A stretch of DNA of 41,690 nt. It comes from a virus. The DNA is taken from positions 1 through 41,690 of IMG/VR virus record IMGVR_UViG_3300002461_000119. One strand, 5' to 3'. Under the pieces are notes generated by a model. The model was not told where the DNA came from and ran no database searches. It was given only the letters and a program-made list of their open reading frames with translations. Shown piece after piece: positions 13,376-22,725 of the stretch. The number at the start of each line of letters is the position of its first letter. The first letter of the stretch is position 1. The position numbers and the translations under genes are program-made.

Positions 13376-15335
13376 ACTCCAAGTAGCCCAAGAGGCTGGA
13401 GTTGTAGAAAGCGATAACGACTTTTACACAGTCTTTAACACAACACGTTTGCTAAATGAGAATGCTATTCCTGTTCCTCCTAAACTTGGAGAGCGTTTGA
13501 AGAAGCAGCATGATGCGACTGTTGCTGTGTATAAAGAATATCACGACGATTGGCGTAATGCTGTTAAGGTCTTCAACGAAGAAGGCTCTGTTGCTGATTT
13601 TGCAAAGACTGGTGTAACGAAAGACAATTATGTCCGTCAGAATGTGCAGTCATTGATCGATTTCACATATCTTCGCAACCCGAATGCTGAGTTCACTCCA
13701 CTTCGGGATGTTGAAGAGAACGAACCTGATGACCTTTTCGTAAAAGCACTCTCTGCTACATTGGATGTAGTAATTTCTGAAAACAACATTCATGGTATCG
13801 GCCTTCGTAAGTTCGTTCAACGTCAACTCGTTACATCCCATTTAACAAACCACGGAGTTGTGAAACTCGACTACGTTCCTAAGACAGGTAGTCTTGACGA
13901 TGTTCGTGAGCTTTATGCTCTTGCACAGAAAAAGATCAAAGAAGAAGAAGACCCAGATAAACAAGCTCATCTTTACAGTCTCCTCGAACGGCTGTCAGAA
14001 GAAATGCAAAACCGTCGTCCGATGGGTCTTCGGCTTAAGAACGTGTCAGCTTTTATGTTCTTTGCTGACCCTTTGACTACAAAGGACGATCTTAGCGACG
14101 CTAGTTTCACTTTTGAGTACGAATACCTCAAGGAAAGCTACATCCAGAGTGAATTTCTCACCTACGATGAGGCTGGCGAATGCTGGTACTATCGCTATGA
14201 CAAGTCAAAGAAATTTACAGGTGGTGCTTCTCGTTCGTCAGGCAATGCTCAAGATCGTGCAAAAGAAGCACTAGTTGATCAACTTATGCCAGAAGCTAAA
14301 GAGAAAGAAATTGAATACTACCGTACAGATACTATTCTCTGTGTCTGGTGGCATGACAAGATCACGAAACAGAAGTATCTTTATGTTGTAGACGATTGGG
14401 AAACGCCTCTCTGGGTGTACGAAGATGAGTTGGGTCTTTCTCAATTCTTTCCATATTTTCTGCTTGCGTTCTCTCCGTCGATTGGGAATATTCTCCGTTA
14501 CAGTGAGGCATCTTACTACATTCCTCACCAAAATCGCATCAATGAAAATGCAAAGCAGAAAGATTTCATCCGTCAAAATGGTTTCTCTACTCTTGTCTAT
14601 AATCCAACAGCTGTTGATCCTCAGGAGGTTACGAAGCTTCTTAATGCATTACGTAAGCCAAAGAAAGATGGTATCCGTGCATTGCCTTTGAAGCTTAAGA
14701 ACCCAGAGCAAAAACTAGTTGACGCTTTTGAGCCTTTGATACCTCCGACGGCACAGATGTCTGAAATGTTTGATGATCGCCACAGTGTTGAAATGATCCA
14801 ACGTGGAAGTCGTCTTAATAGTGCTGCTCAAGGTGGAGAGTTCAAAACGAATACTACGAATGACGCAGTTGCTGCGTATAATGAAGCAGCTGAGACAAAA
14901 TTCTCTTCTGTTACGGATATGATTGAAGAAACTACGGCTCGTCTCTTTTGGGCAATTACTGAGGTAATCGTCTCGAAGTTCGACAAAGATTACGTAACTA
15001 CAATTATTGGTGCGAAGAAAGGTGCTAACTTTCAACAGATGGCTATTGTTGACTTTAATAGTCAATACATTATGCGCATCGAAGCAGGGAGTAGTGAGAA
15101 ACCGAATAGTACAGCTAAGAAGAAAGAAGCTGTTCAGATCATTCAGATGCTTGGACAGTTTGGCACTGCAGCACCAATGACGATTATCTCAATCGTTGCG
15201 AAGCTGCTTAGAAAAGTCTTCTCACCGCATATGGTGACAGATGCAGAGCTTGATACTTTAAAACAAGAAGGCACGGCTGCGATGAACAAAGGCGTGTCAA
15301 CTACTCAACAACCGCAACAAGGACAACCACAATGA
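13356..15335 (+). CDS. portal protein
   Basis: 659 aa ORF directly after terL, overlapping it by 20 nt, and upstream of scaffold and capsid. Call rests on size and synteny. Confidence 0.75.
   Translation: MEDLDTKLQVAQEAGVVESDNDFYTVFNTTRLLNENAIPVPPKLGERLKKQHDATVAVYKEYHDDWRNAVKVFNEEGSVADFAKTGVTKDNYVRQNVQSLIDFTYLRNPNAEFTPLRDVEENEPDDLFVKALSATLDVVISENNIHGIGLRKFVQRQLVTSHLTNHGVVKLDYVPKTGSLDDVRELYALAQKKIKEEEDPDKQAHLYSLLERLSEEMQNRRPMGLRLKNVSAFMFFADPLTTKDDLSDASFTFEYEYLKESYIQSEFLTYDEAGECWYYRYDKSKKFTGGASRSSGNAQDRAKEALVDQLMPEAKEKEIEYYRTDTILCVWWHDKITKQKYLYVVDDWETPLWVYEDELGLSQFFPYFLLAFSPSIGNILRYSEASYYIPHQNRINENAKQKDFIRQNGFSTLVYNPTAVDPQEVTKLLNALRKPKKDGIRALPLKLKNPEQKLVDAFEPLIPPTAQMSEMFDDRHSVEMIQRGSRLNSAAQGGEFKTNTTNDAVAAYNEAAETKFSSVTDMIEETTARLFWAITEVIVSKFDKDYVTTIIGAKKGANFQQMAIVDFNSQYIMRIEAGSSEKPNSTAKKKEAVQIIQMLGQFGTAAPMTIISIVAKLLRKVFSPHMVTDAELDTLKQEGTAAMNKGVSTTQQPQQGQPQ
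13756..13770. repeat. P17 palindrome variant
   Basis: CTACATTGGATGTAG; both outer bases changed in a compensating way, so it is still a palindrome. Portal CDS, read ATLDVV. Confidence 0.6.
13831..13845. repeat. P17 palindrome copy
   Basis: TTACATCCCATTTAA, 1 mismatch. Portal CDS, read VTSHLT. Confidence 0.7.
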
Positions 15336-16429
15336 ACGACGATTTCCTCTCCGATGTGAGCACTGCTATCGAAACAGTGAACACGAATGTTCCTGCACCG
15401 ACTAATGTATCGGACCTTGAAACGCAGGAAAGTGTTCTCAATGTTCTAGAGGCTCATGAGAAAAAACCTGTAGAAAAGGCAAAAACGCCTCCTGCAAAAC
15501 CCGTTACACCCGATGTAAAGACCGGACAGGAAGAGCCAGACACTTCTAAACAGCAACAACCGAAATCTGACGCTAATCAACAACAGCAACAAAAGCCCGA
15601 CGAAAAGAACAAGAAGACTGTTCCTTACATGGATCGCTTCTTGCAACAAGATGACAAAAACAATCTTGTTACTGCTGATGGCACAATCATTGCTGCTGCT
15701 GGTGCGGCACGTACTTTCTTTGAAAAACTCAAGAGCGAAGCACGTACCGAGCGTGATAAGAACCGTGAATTGTCTTTCAAGACTATCCAACTCGGCGAGA
15801 AATTCGTTGAGCTTAACAATGCATATGAAGAGTTGAAAAAAGACCCAGCTCGTGAGAGCATAGAAAAACGTACTAACATGCAAGGTCAAGAGCTTGAAGA
15901 AGCAATTGATCTTATGCGTGAATATAAGGTTAATCCCGTAGGCGCGATCAAACGTATCTTGACACAAGCGCAACTACGTGGTATTAATCTTAAAGAGATT
16001 GGGATAAACAACGGTGGGCTTGATCCTGCGGCTGTTCGTTCGATGCTGGAAGAGATTATCAGCAAACAAAGTGGTCAAGAAAAAACCACTCAGATACAGC
16101 CTAATCAAGAAGCCGCAGTTCGAGAGGCGCAAACCTTCCTCGAAAACTTCCCAGAAGCAGCAGAGCATACCGAGACACTTGCCGCTGCAAGACGAAAATT
16201 CCCGAATAAGACGTATGCTGAGTTGTGGCACTCTTTCCAAATCTGGGAACAGCAGCAGCTTGAACAGCAGGAAACTGCTCAAGCACAAGAAGCTATCCAG
16301 AAACGTAAGACGCCGCCTCAACAGCAACGACAACAGCAACCCGGTCCTGTTACATCCGATGTAAAGGACTATTCGAAACTTTCCTTTAGCGACATTGCTA
16401 ATGGCCTCAAAAAGGACTTTGGAGTATGA
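15332..16429 (+). CDS. scaffolding protein
   Basis: 365 aa, Q/E/K-rich low-complexity and coiled-coil sequence between portal and capsid. 4-nt overlaps on both sides. Confidence 0.6.
   Translation: MNDDFLSDVSTAIETVNTNVPAPTNVSDLETQESVLNVLEAHEKKPVEKAKTPPAKPVTPDVKTGQEEPDTSKQQQPKSDANQQQQQKPDEKNKKTVPYMDRFLQQDDKNNLVTADGTIIAAAGAARTFFEKLKSEARTERDKNRELSFKTIQLGEKFVELNNAYEELKKDPARESIEKRTNMQGQELEEAIDLMREYKVNPVGAIKRILTQAQLRGINLKEIGINNGGLDPAAVRSMLEEIISKQSGQEKTTQIQPNQEAAVREAQTFLENFPEAAEHTETLAAARRKFPNKTYAELWHSFQIWEQQQLEQQETAQAQEAIQKRKTPPQQQRQQQPGPVTSDVKDYSKLSFSDIANGLKKDFGV
15504..15518. repeat. P17 palindrome copy
   Basis: TTACACCCGATGTAA, 1 mismatch. Scaffold CDS, read VTPDVK. Confidence 0.75.
16350..16364. 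repeat. P17 palindrome copy
   Basis: TTACATCCGATGTAA, perfect. Scaffold C-terminus, read VTSDVK. 61 nt before capsid ATG 16426. Confidence 0.9.
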
Positions 16430-17376
16430 CTGTTCCTACTGACATCATCCACGCGATGGCCGAACGTAGTATGAAGAAACTGCGTATCGCTGCTATCCTC
16501 CCCGGTGGTATCTATTCCTACCTTGCAGCTGCAAAGAGCATCAAGATGGAAGACGGTGGCCCGACCGTGGAAAACCCGTTGCTCGTTGGTGGTAACCCGA
16601 ACGTTGGTCCTGCCGTGTACTATGAAAAAGTGCCCGTCGCACGGACCCAAGAACTGACCACGGTGCTTTATACGCTTACTCGCGTTGTTGGCACCTACGT
16701 TATCTCTGATCAAGAGATTGACGAAAACGCTGGTACTGCTAAGATCGTTGATATTGCTGCTACTAAGATGCAAGCTCTTGAAATTGCGATCAAGAAATAC
16801 CAACGTAAGCAGGCTGCTTCGCTCACCACTGGCCGTAACCCTCTTGGCCTTGGAAACCTTGTGCCGTCTGTCAACACTTCTGGTACTATCGGTGGTATCA
16901 ACCTTGCTTCGGAACCGATGTTCCGTCCGAGTGTTTATGCCTTCGCAGGTACTCTCACAGCAATTAACATCGAAGCTACTTTCGATGATATTCTTCTCGA
17001 TATGAATACGGATGATGGCAAAGTCTCTGTCATTTTCCTTGGCCGTAACCTTTTCACTCTGCATCGTAACGCTGCACGAGCAAAAGGTACTACGCAGCTT
17101 CCTATCGGAGGCTTTGGCCAAACTCTTGCTAACCTTGGTCTGGTTGCGACCACGCACCAAGGCATTCCGATCATCTATGATGAAGAACTGAACGTTAACC
17201 AAGGTTATTTCATTAATGAGAAAGAACTGATGGTTCACATTCTGAAATCTGCGAACATGAAGATGAAAGACCTTACTGCTCCATACGATCAAGACGTGAT
17301 CGGTAAGCGGTACATCATGGAGTACCAAATGTGCTCTTGGAAAGGCTTCCGTACTCATGCTTTCATCAGCAACTGA
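16426..17376 (+). CDS. major capsid protein
   Basis: 316 aa. Position after the scaffold. Visibly G/C-richer, codon-biased gene; its 329-aa antisense ORF is an artefact. Confidence 0.7.
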   Translation: MTVPTDIIHAMAERSMKKLRIAAILPGGIYSYLAAAKSIKMEDGGPTVENPLLVGGNPNVGPAVYYEKVPVARTQELTTVLYTLTRVVGTYVISDQEIDENAGTAKIVDIAATKMQALEIAIKKYQRKQAASLTTGRNPLGLGNLVPSVNTSGTIGGINLASEPMFRPSVYAFAGTLTAINIEATFDDILLDMNTDDGKVSVIFLGRNLFTLHRNAARAKGTTQLPIGGFGQTLANLGLVATTHQGIPIIYDEELNVNQGYFINEKELMVHILKSANMKMKDLTAPYDQDVIGKRYIMEYQMCSWKGFRTHAFISN

Positions 17377-17392
17377 TAGGAGCTAATGAGAA

Positions 17393-17839
17393 ATGTTTGG
17401 TCAAGACAATGCCGGTGCAACTCTTTCCCACGTTACACGCCGTGTAATAGGAGAGGTTCTCACCGAAGTCACCAAGTTTAACACTGATACTGAGAAGAAC
17501 GAAAAGAAATACGTTCCTCTTGCAGACCCTGTCATTGTGTTCCTTCCTAGCGGTAGTGTCGTGCTTCTTAGTGAAGCTGAGGCAGAGCGCCGTGGACTTA
17601 TGGAAGAACCTGACATCCTCGGCATTGCCGAAGTCAATGACACCAAAAGTGCAGCTGGCAAGTGGAAATTTGCCATGAATGATAAACAACGTCATGCGGC
17701 GTGGTTGATCATGGAAAAAGCTGTTATTCGCGCTTGTACTTCTCGTGGTGGTTATCCTTTGGATGCTACTAAAGCAAAGTTCAGCGAAGACAGCATCTTC
17801 TATGAACAGCCCGTCACCAAGAAGAAGGAAGTGGCATAA
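17393..17839 (+). CDS. hypothetical structural-module protein (148 aa)
   Basis: ORF track. AGGAG upstream. Between the capsid gene and the next head gene. Confidence 0.6.
   Translation: MFGQDNAGATLSHVTRRVIGEVLTEVTKFNTDTEKNEKKYVPLADPVIVFLPSGSVVLLSEAEAERRGLMEEPDILGIAEVNDTKSAAGKWKFAMNDKQRHAAWLIMEKAVIRACTSRGGYPLDATKAKFSEDSIFYEQPVTKKKEVA
17433..17447. repeat. P17 palindrome variant
   Basis: TTACACGCCGTGTAA; compensated inner change, still a palindrome. CDS 17393..17839, read VTRRVI. Confidence 0.6.
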
Positions 17840-18480
17840 TGCGGATTAACCCTGTTGTTTTTATTGATGGCTTCAGTTCGGCATACGTGCTGAATATGTT
17901 TGATCATCACGCACTAGACGAAACTATGGAAGGTCTGGTTGATTTCGGTGCTCCTGTTGTGGCAGCAAACAGCACTCTTTTGGTGCCTACTGCTATCGTC
18001 GCAGGTCAGCGGATCACTCCAACTGTCCCAATCGTCATTCCTGAACCGTTTGGCCGTACTCTTAACATTACTGGCTCCGCTGCTGGTACTGTTACTATCA
18101 TCGGTCGAGATTACCTGAACCAAGTAATTACTCAGCTGGTCACTCTTGCGACTAACACTGTTGCGACGCTTAAAGCGTTCAAGATTGTGGATGCTGTGTT
18201 GTCTGGTACCTTCGCCGGTAACGTGTCGATTGGTCCGGGCACTGGTCTTGGTTTGCCGTTTGCTGCTTCTGCAATCGGTATGCAGTACAACGATGGTGCT
18301 GCTGTTGCTGCTCCTACCCTGACCGCTCCTGTGCAGACTGATCCTGCAACTAGCGCAACGGGTGACCCGCGTGGTACTGTTGTTCCTACTGGTACTCTCA
18401 ACGGTGTCATGAACGTACAAATGACTGTCCGCTTCCGTCAGGAAAATGCAGGTGGTTTGTACGGCGTCAAAGGCGCATAA
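17839..18480 (+). CDS. hypothetical virion protein, possibly capsid-associated (213 aa)
   Basis: ORF track. A/G/T/V-rich sequence. Same codon bias as the capsid gene. Followed by a P17 copy and a 10-bp hairpin. Confidence 0.55.
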   Translation: MRINPVVFIDGFSSAYVLNMFDHHALDETMEGLVDFGAPVVAANSTLLVPTAIVAGQRITPTVPIVIPEPFGRTLNITGSAAGTVTIIGRDYLNQVITQLVTLATNTVATLKAFKIVDAVLSGTFAGNVSIGPGTGLGLPFAASAIGMQYNDGAAVAAPTLTAPVQTDPATSATGDPRGTVVPTGTLNGVMNVQMTVRFRQENAGGLYGVKGA

Positions 18481-18485
18481 GATTG

Positions 18486-18500
18486 TTACATCCAATGTAA
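18486..18500. repeat. P17 palindrome copy
   Basis: TTACATCCAATGTAA; the 17-mer 18485..18501 is perfect. Intergenic, followed by hairpin 18503..18528. Confidence 0.9.
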
Positions 18501-18502
18501 CA

Positions 18503-18528
18503 GCAGTGGCAGTGAAAGCTGCCACTGC
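18503..18528 (+). other. 10-bp stem-loop after the head genes (attenuator or RNA-stability hairpin)
   Basis: GCAGTGGCAG-TGAAAG-CTGCCACTGC, no U-tract. Directly follows a P17 copy. Confidence 0.45.
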
Positions 18529-18543
18529 ATTCTCATAAAGGAC

Positions 18544-19203
18544 ATGGCCATGATCTTCGATACCGTCGAGAATATCACACAAAACGTTTTGATCGAGCTT
18601 GGTCTTGTTAATGGGACAGGCACACAGATTTATACAGAACCGCAGATTACGCTTGCGATCCGTACTGCGTTTAATACGTTGTACACGATGCGTTTTTGGC
18701 CACATTTGACGAAGACTACTAGTCACACTCTTGATGGTGTAGCAGGCGTGATCACTGATGCATCGCTTGTAGGTGTGAAATCATTCGAAGACATTGCTTG
18801 GATAAGGTTCGAACCTTATACACAACGAGAACAATTGTCTCGGTTGAATGGTCGTGAATACGAGACTGCGTGGCGTGAAGCCTTTGACCGTATTCCTTAT
18901 AATGAAACTCATTGGGATACCAAAATCTTCAAAGTGTATCCTGAAACGTTTGCACTGCCGATTAGGGTACGAGCACGTCGTCATCCCGGAGAATTACTCA
19001 CTGGTATTGTACCATTCGACGAAATCGCTCTTCGTCACTTAACTGCGGCGACAATTCTTGCTGCGGATGGTATGAACCCCGGTAACCAACAACGTCAACA
19101 AGCTCTGTTCGAGAGCCGCTTTGAAACGCTTGTTTCGTCTGAACAACCGGATGTGGATGACGCTAATCCAATCTATTCTGACTACTTCACGGTGGCACCA
19201 TGA
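18544..19203 (+). CDS. putative head-tail adaptor / tail tubular protein A-like
   Basis: 219 aa. Synteny only (after the head genes, before the large tail protein). The second ATG at 18550 has better SD spacing. Confidence 0.4.
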   Translation: MAMIFDTVENITQNVLIELGLVNGTGTQIYTEPQITLAIRTAFNTLYTMRFWPHLTKTTSHTLDGVAGVITDASLVGVKSFEDIAWIRFEPYTQREQLSRLNGREYETAWREAFDRIPYNETHWDTKIFKVYPETFALPIRVRARRHPGELLTGIVPFDEIALRHLTAATILAADGMNPGNQQRQQALFESRFETLVSSEQPDVDDANPIYSDYFTVAP

Positions 19204-20852
19204 AAGCTTTTCCTAAACTTGAAGGTCTTCAAAGTCCGCGAGTTGCTACACAGGATGTAACGCTTAAAGACTTTTCAGGTGGATTGAAACTTACTGACGC
19301 GAACGCAATCCTTAATAGTAGATTTGCTGTTGTACTTTCTAATATGTTCGTCGAAGAGGACTTTGCTCAACAGCTTCGTTATGGAACAAAGCTTCGTAGG
19401 AATTATACATCAGCAATCATTGATGCGTATTACTTTTCTGGTAATATCCTAACGTTCCATGCAGATGGGACGATTTTTGCATTTGATAACGTGAATACTC
19501 CTGTCGCTATCTGGAATGACGCCATCGCTGCAACTTTGCCCGGCTCTCCTCTTTCGTGGGCAACAGGTGTTACACATATTGATCATGCTGAGCAAGATGG
19601 TAAGTTGATTGTTCATAACGATCGGGACAAGCCCATCATTATTGGTGACGATCTTACTGTTGATTATCTTCAAGATTTGGCAACGAATACAAACATCAAT
19701 ACGCCGATCGGTCGTCATTGTGCGACTGTTGATAAGTATCATGTCATCGCTTCTGGCACAGAACCTGATTTGTTTATCAGTGCTACAGGAGCATCGGGTA
19801 CTTACGTTGGCGATCCTATTCCGAACGACAGCTTGATTTACAGTCTTGGCTCGTACGCGCCAACACGTAACCGCAAGATCGTAGCATGTAAAGCTTTCAA
19901 AGGTTTGCTGTTTGTGTTCTTCGTTACATCCATTGTAATCGTTCGTCTTGGCAAGATCAGTGACACAGGTGATCATACACCAGAAGTTGTTGATGTTCTC
20001 GACAGTATTGGTGCTATCAGCCACCGTTCGATATTCACAACAGAGAAAGATATTGTTGTCTATACGCGTAAAGGTGTATATCGTATTCGTCGTAACAGCC
20101 TTGGCACAGCATTTGAGCCTATCCAACTGACGAGCGATATTGATCCTCTGCTCAGCAAAAACCTTCCCAAAGTAGGTAGTGCTGCTGGGTATTCATTTGC
20201 TTTACAAGACAACATTGCGAAAAAGTCGTTCTTCTTTGTTCGCACAGAAGCAGATGCTAAAATCGTTCTTGCTTGTTCAAGTGATAGTGAGTTTAAGAAA
20301 ACAGCTTGGTCGCCCATTGATGGGTGGGATTTTGACGGTGGTTGTTTTACTGAGAATGACAGAGTGTTCTTCTTCAAAGGTACAAAGCTGTACCAGTATG
20401 GGAATAAAGCATTCACTGGAGAAGACTACTATAGTGATTTTCTAGCTGACGCAACTGTTAATGGTGGTCTTGGCACACCGATCACGTTTGATTGGGAAAG
20501 CTCTTGGCTCGATGCAAATGCGCGGTTAAGGACTAAAGACATCCTCAAAGTTACTGGTGATACTATAGGAGAAGCAGATTTCTTCCTTGACATATTCGTC
20601 GATAACATATATAAAGATAGTGAAGGAAACTATGACCCTGCTGTAAGCTTAGAGCTTCGTGCGGGTTCTGTCGGTGGTTATGGCACTCCATCCGTAGGTT
20701 ATGGTGGTGGTCGCCGTTTCTCTGATGAGAGATACTTCGGGTTTCCAGTTCGCTGCAAAATCTTCAAATTCCGTGTCCATGGATCAGCTACTAAGAAGCT
20801 GACTATTGGAGCGTTGTCCTTTATCTATCGCACAGGGACTTATCACAGATGA
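19200..20852 (+). CDS. putative tail tubular / nozzle protein
   Basis: 550 aa. 4-nt overlaps with neighbours. Synteny with podovirus tail genes; no motif recognised. Confidence 0.4.
   Translation: MKAFPKLEGLQSPRVATQDVTLKDFSGGLKLTDANAILNSRFAVVLSNMFVEEDFAQQLRYGTKLRRNYTSAIIDAYYFSGNILTFHADGTIFAFDNVNTPVAIWNDAIAATLPGSPLSWATGVTHIDHAEQDGKLIVHNDRDKPIIIGDDLTVDYLQDLATNTNINTPIGRHCATVDKYHVIASGTEPDLFISATGASGTYVGDPIPNDSLIYSLGSYAPTRNRKIVACKAFKGLLFVFFVTSIVIVRLGKISDTGDHTPEVVDVLDSIGAISHRSIFTTEKDIVVYTRKGVYRIRRNSLGTAFEPIQLTSDIDPLLSKNLPKVGSAAGYSFALQDNIAKKSFFFVRTEADAKIVLACSSDSEFKKTAWSPIDGWDFDGGCFTENDRVFFFKGTKLYQYGNKAFTGEDYYSDFLADATVNGGLGTPITFDWESSWLDANARLRTKDILKVTGDTIGEADFFLDIFVDNIYKDSEGNYDPAVSLELRAGSVGGYGTPSVGYGGGRRFSDERYFGFPVRCKIFKFRVHGSATKKLTIGALSFIYRTGTYHR
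19924..19938. repeat. P17 palindrome copy
   Basis: TTACATCCATTGTAA, 1 mismatch. CDS 19200..20852, read VTSIVI. Confidence 0.7.
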
Positions 20853-22306
20853 GTGATGCCTTCACACCGCGACTAAATCTTACGTTGCCGGACTTTAACA
20901 TTAGTCCTTGGCACGATAAGGTGAATAACAACTTTCGTCTTATGGACGCTGCGATCTATTCAATCCTTGGACTTGCAGGGATCAAAGGCGCATTTGTGAA
21001 CAGCACACTTGTAAACGTTGGAGAGAAATACTTTGATAGTCAGACAAGTGTCTTTTACGAAGTCGTTACATCGTATGTAACAAGTCCAGCACCTACAACT
21101 TTTGCTCAAGAACGTGTTTTGTTTCCCACACGCTGGGCAGTGCTTGAAGTTGCTACTATTGCTGGAGCAGTTGGTATTGTGCTCGATGCACAAGCAGCTG
21201 TGCTAGCTGCAGAGACTGCTGTTGCTGCTGATGAAGTAGCTGTTGAAGCAGATCGTGTTGCTGTAGCTGCTGATCGTGTAGCTGTAGCGGCAGACAGGGC
21301 TAACGTTCAATCAAACAAAGACAGCGTTGACGCAAGCGTTGTTGCTATTAACGGAGCAATATCAACAGCACTTGTACCTGTAAATGCTGATATTGCTGCA
21401 AGACAATTGGCTTCAAATATTCTTTCAGCACTTGCTGGATTGACAGGTGTAGCTAATGGATTGCCGTATTTTACCGGTGCCACGACTATGGCACTAACTA
21501 CTCTTACAACGTTTGCGAGACAAATTCTGGATGATACTGATGCTGCTGCTGTTAGAGCAACACTTCAAGTTCCTGATGAGTTCTTCAGCTTTCGATCAAG
21601 ACAAACAGCTATCGTGCGTGCTGATGGAGGAAGCTCAACACTAAACTCGATAGGGCTTAACTTCACTTTCACAGGAACCGTCGTTCTTTTCGTTTCAGCA
21701 CCTGCATTTGATCTGACAACTCGATACGGACGTTATCCTAAACATTGTTTAAGACAACCAGCAGCAATAAATGCGATCGCCGCATATAATGGTTCAGACA
21801 TTTTACTTACTGTTGGATCATCAATTGCTAATGTTGGAGGATTTAATATTGAGTATATTTGGGGACCGGGAGAAGGTTCAACAAATGCAACTCAAAGAGC
21901 TTTTGTCGGACTAGGTACAGGACTGATTACTGATGTAGAGCCTTCTTCTCGCATAAACTGCGTTGGAATGGGATGGGACGCAGCTGATACCAATGTGCAA
22001 ATTATGCATAATGATGGTACAGGTGTTTGTACAAAAATCGATCTAGGTGCTTCTTTTCCGGTACCGTCAGCAGACTTTACAACACTGTATAAATTTACAA
22101 TCACTAGTCCTCCCGGAACAACTCAATCAGTTACATATCGAGTAGAGAATATTATTACAGGCGCAGTAGCCACAGGAACAATTACAACAAATCTTCCTTC
22201 TACGTCACAAGGTCTTACAAACAGACTTATTGTTACTTCTGGAGGAACATCTGCAGTAGCTGCTGTGATTTTGTCACAGGTTTTGATAGACACTCCGTGG
22301 CCGTAA
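20849..22306 (+). CDS. tail fibre protein 1
   Basis: 485 aa. Four in-frame heptad repeats ([28 protein letters not shown]). C-terminal ~115 aa paralogous to the C-terminus of 22725..23912. Confidence 0.65.
   Translation: MSDAFTPRLNLTLPDFNISPWHDKVNNNFRLMDAAIYSILGLAGIKGAFVNSTLVNVGEKYFDSQTSVFYEVVTSYVTSPAPTTFAQERVLFPTRWAVLEVATIAGAVGIVLDAQAAVLAAETAVAADEVAVEADRVAVAADRVAVAADRANVQSNKDSVDASVVAINGAISTALVPVNADIAARQLASNILSALAGLTGVANGLPYFTGATTMALTTLTTFARQILDDTDAAAVRATLQVPDEFFSFRSRQTAIVRADGGSSTLNSIGLNFTFTGTVVLFVSAPAFDLTTRYGRYPKHCLRQPAAINAIAAYNGSDILLTVGSSIANVGGFNIEYIWGPGEGSTNATQRAFVGLGTGLITDVEPSSRINCVGMGWDAADTNVQIMHNDGTGVCTKIDLGASFPVPSADFTTLYKFTITSPPGTTQSVTYRVENIITGAVATGTITTNLPSTSQGLTNRLIVTSGGTSAVAAVILSQVLIDTPWP
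21066..21080. repeat. P17 palindrome copy
   Basis: TTACATCGTATGTAA; the 17-mer 21065..21081 is perfect. Fibre 1 CDS, read VTSYVT. Confidence 0.9.
21221..21304 (+). repeat. 4 x 21-nt in-frame tandem repeat in fibre gene 1
   Basis: Units at 21221, 21242, 21263 and 21284 encode [28 protein letters not shown]. Confidence 0.75.
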
Positions 22307-22328
22307 AAAGATAAAAGGAACAAAACAA

Positions 22329-22583
22329 ATGAGTACAACAATCCGTGAATTTGTTAACGCTCCTACTACATGGCAACTTGCTGCGACAGGTCCTGTGACC
22401 GTGATCTTGTCTAGTACAAATGGTCCGGGTTTGTTCATCCACACTACAGCAAGTACACCACCACTAACACAAGAAGGACACCCAATCAAAGAAGGCGAAA
22501 ACGTTACATTCAATGTAAAGACCGGTGAGTTCTTGCATGTCAAAGCTGATCGTCCTGACACAAAGATAATCGTGACAGATTGA
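22329..22583 (+). CDS. hypothetical protein (84 aa)
   Basis: ORF track. Between the two fibre genes. Confidence 0.55.
   Translation: MSTTIREFVNAPTTWQLAATGPVTVILSSTNGPGLFIHTTASTPPLTQEGHPIKEGENVTFNVKTGEFLHVKADRPDTKIIVTD
22504..22518. repeat. P17 palindrome copy
   Basis: TTACATTCAATGTAA, perfect. CDS 22329..22583, read VTFNVK. Confidence 0.9.
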
Positions 22584-22584
22584 T

Positions 22585-22725
22585 ATGACAAAACTCGCTG
22601 TAGATATATCGCTCAGACTTCACGCTTTCATGCTTAACAGTGGTACCATCAGCGAGCTTTTCTCTGGTGGTGTTCTTCAAGGCACAGGCACTCTCACAGC
22701 AACAACAATACTTGGACAACCGTAA
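22585..22725 (+). CDS. hypothetical small protein (46 aa)
   Basis: Below cutoff. Hand translation MTKLAVDISLRLHAFMLNSGTISELFSGGVLQGTGTLTATTILGQP. Its TAA overlaps the ATG of the next gene by 1 nt. Confidence 0.35.
   Translation: MTKLAVDISLRLHAFMLNSGTISELFSGGVLQGTGTLTATTILGQP

Noticed and set aside
16369-17358. 329-aa ORF on the minus strand opposite the major capsid gene
   Set aside because: It is exactly antisense to a codon-biased gene that sits in a conserved portal-scaffold-capsid order. Its composition is rich in Arg, Ser, Cys and His, and it has no RBS or operon context on the minus strand.
17914-18726. 270-aa ORF on the minus strand
   Set aside because: It is antisense to the 213-aa and 219-aa structural genes and spans an intergenic hairpin. 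It has the same skewed composition, so it is a by-product of codon bias.
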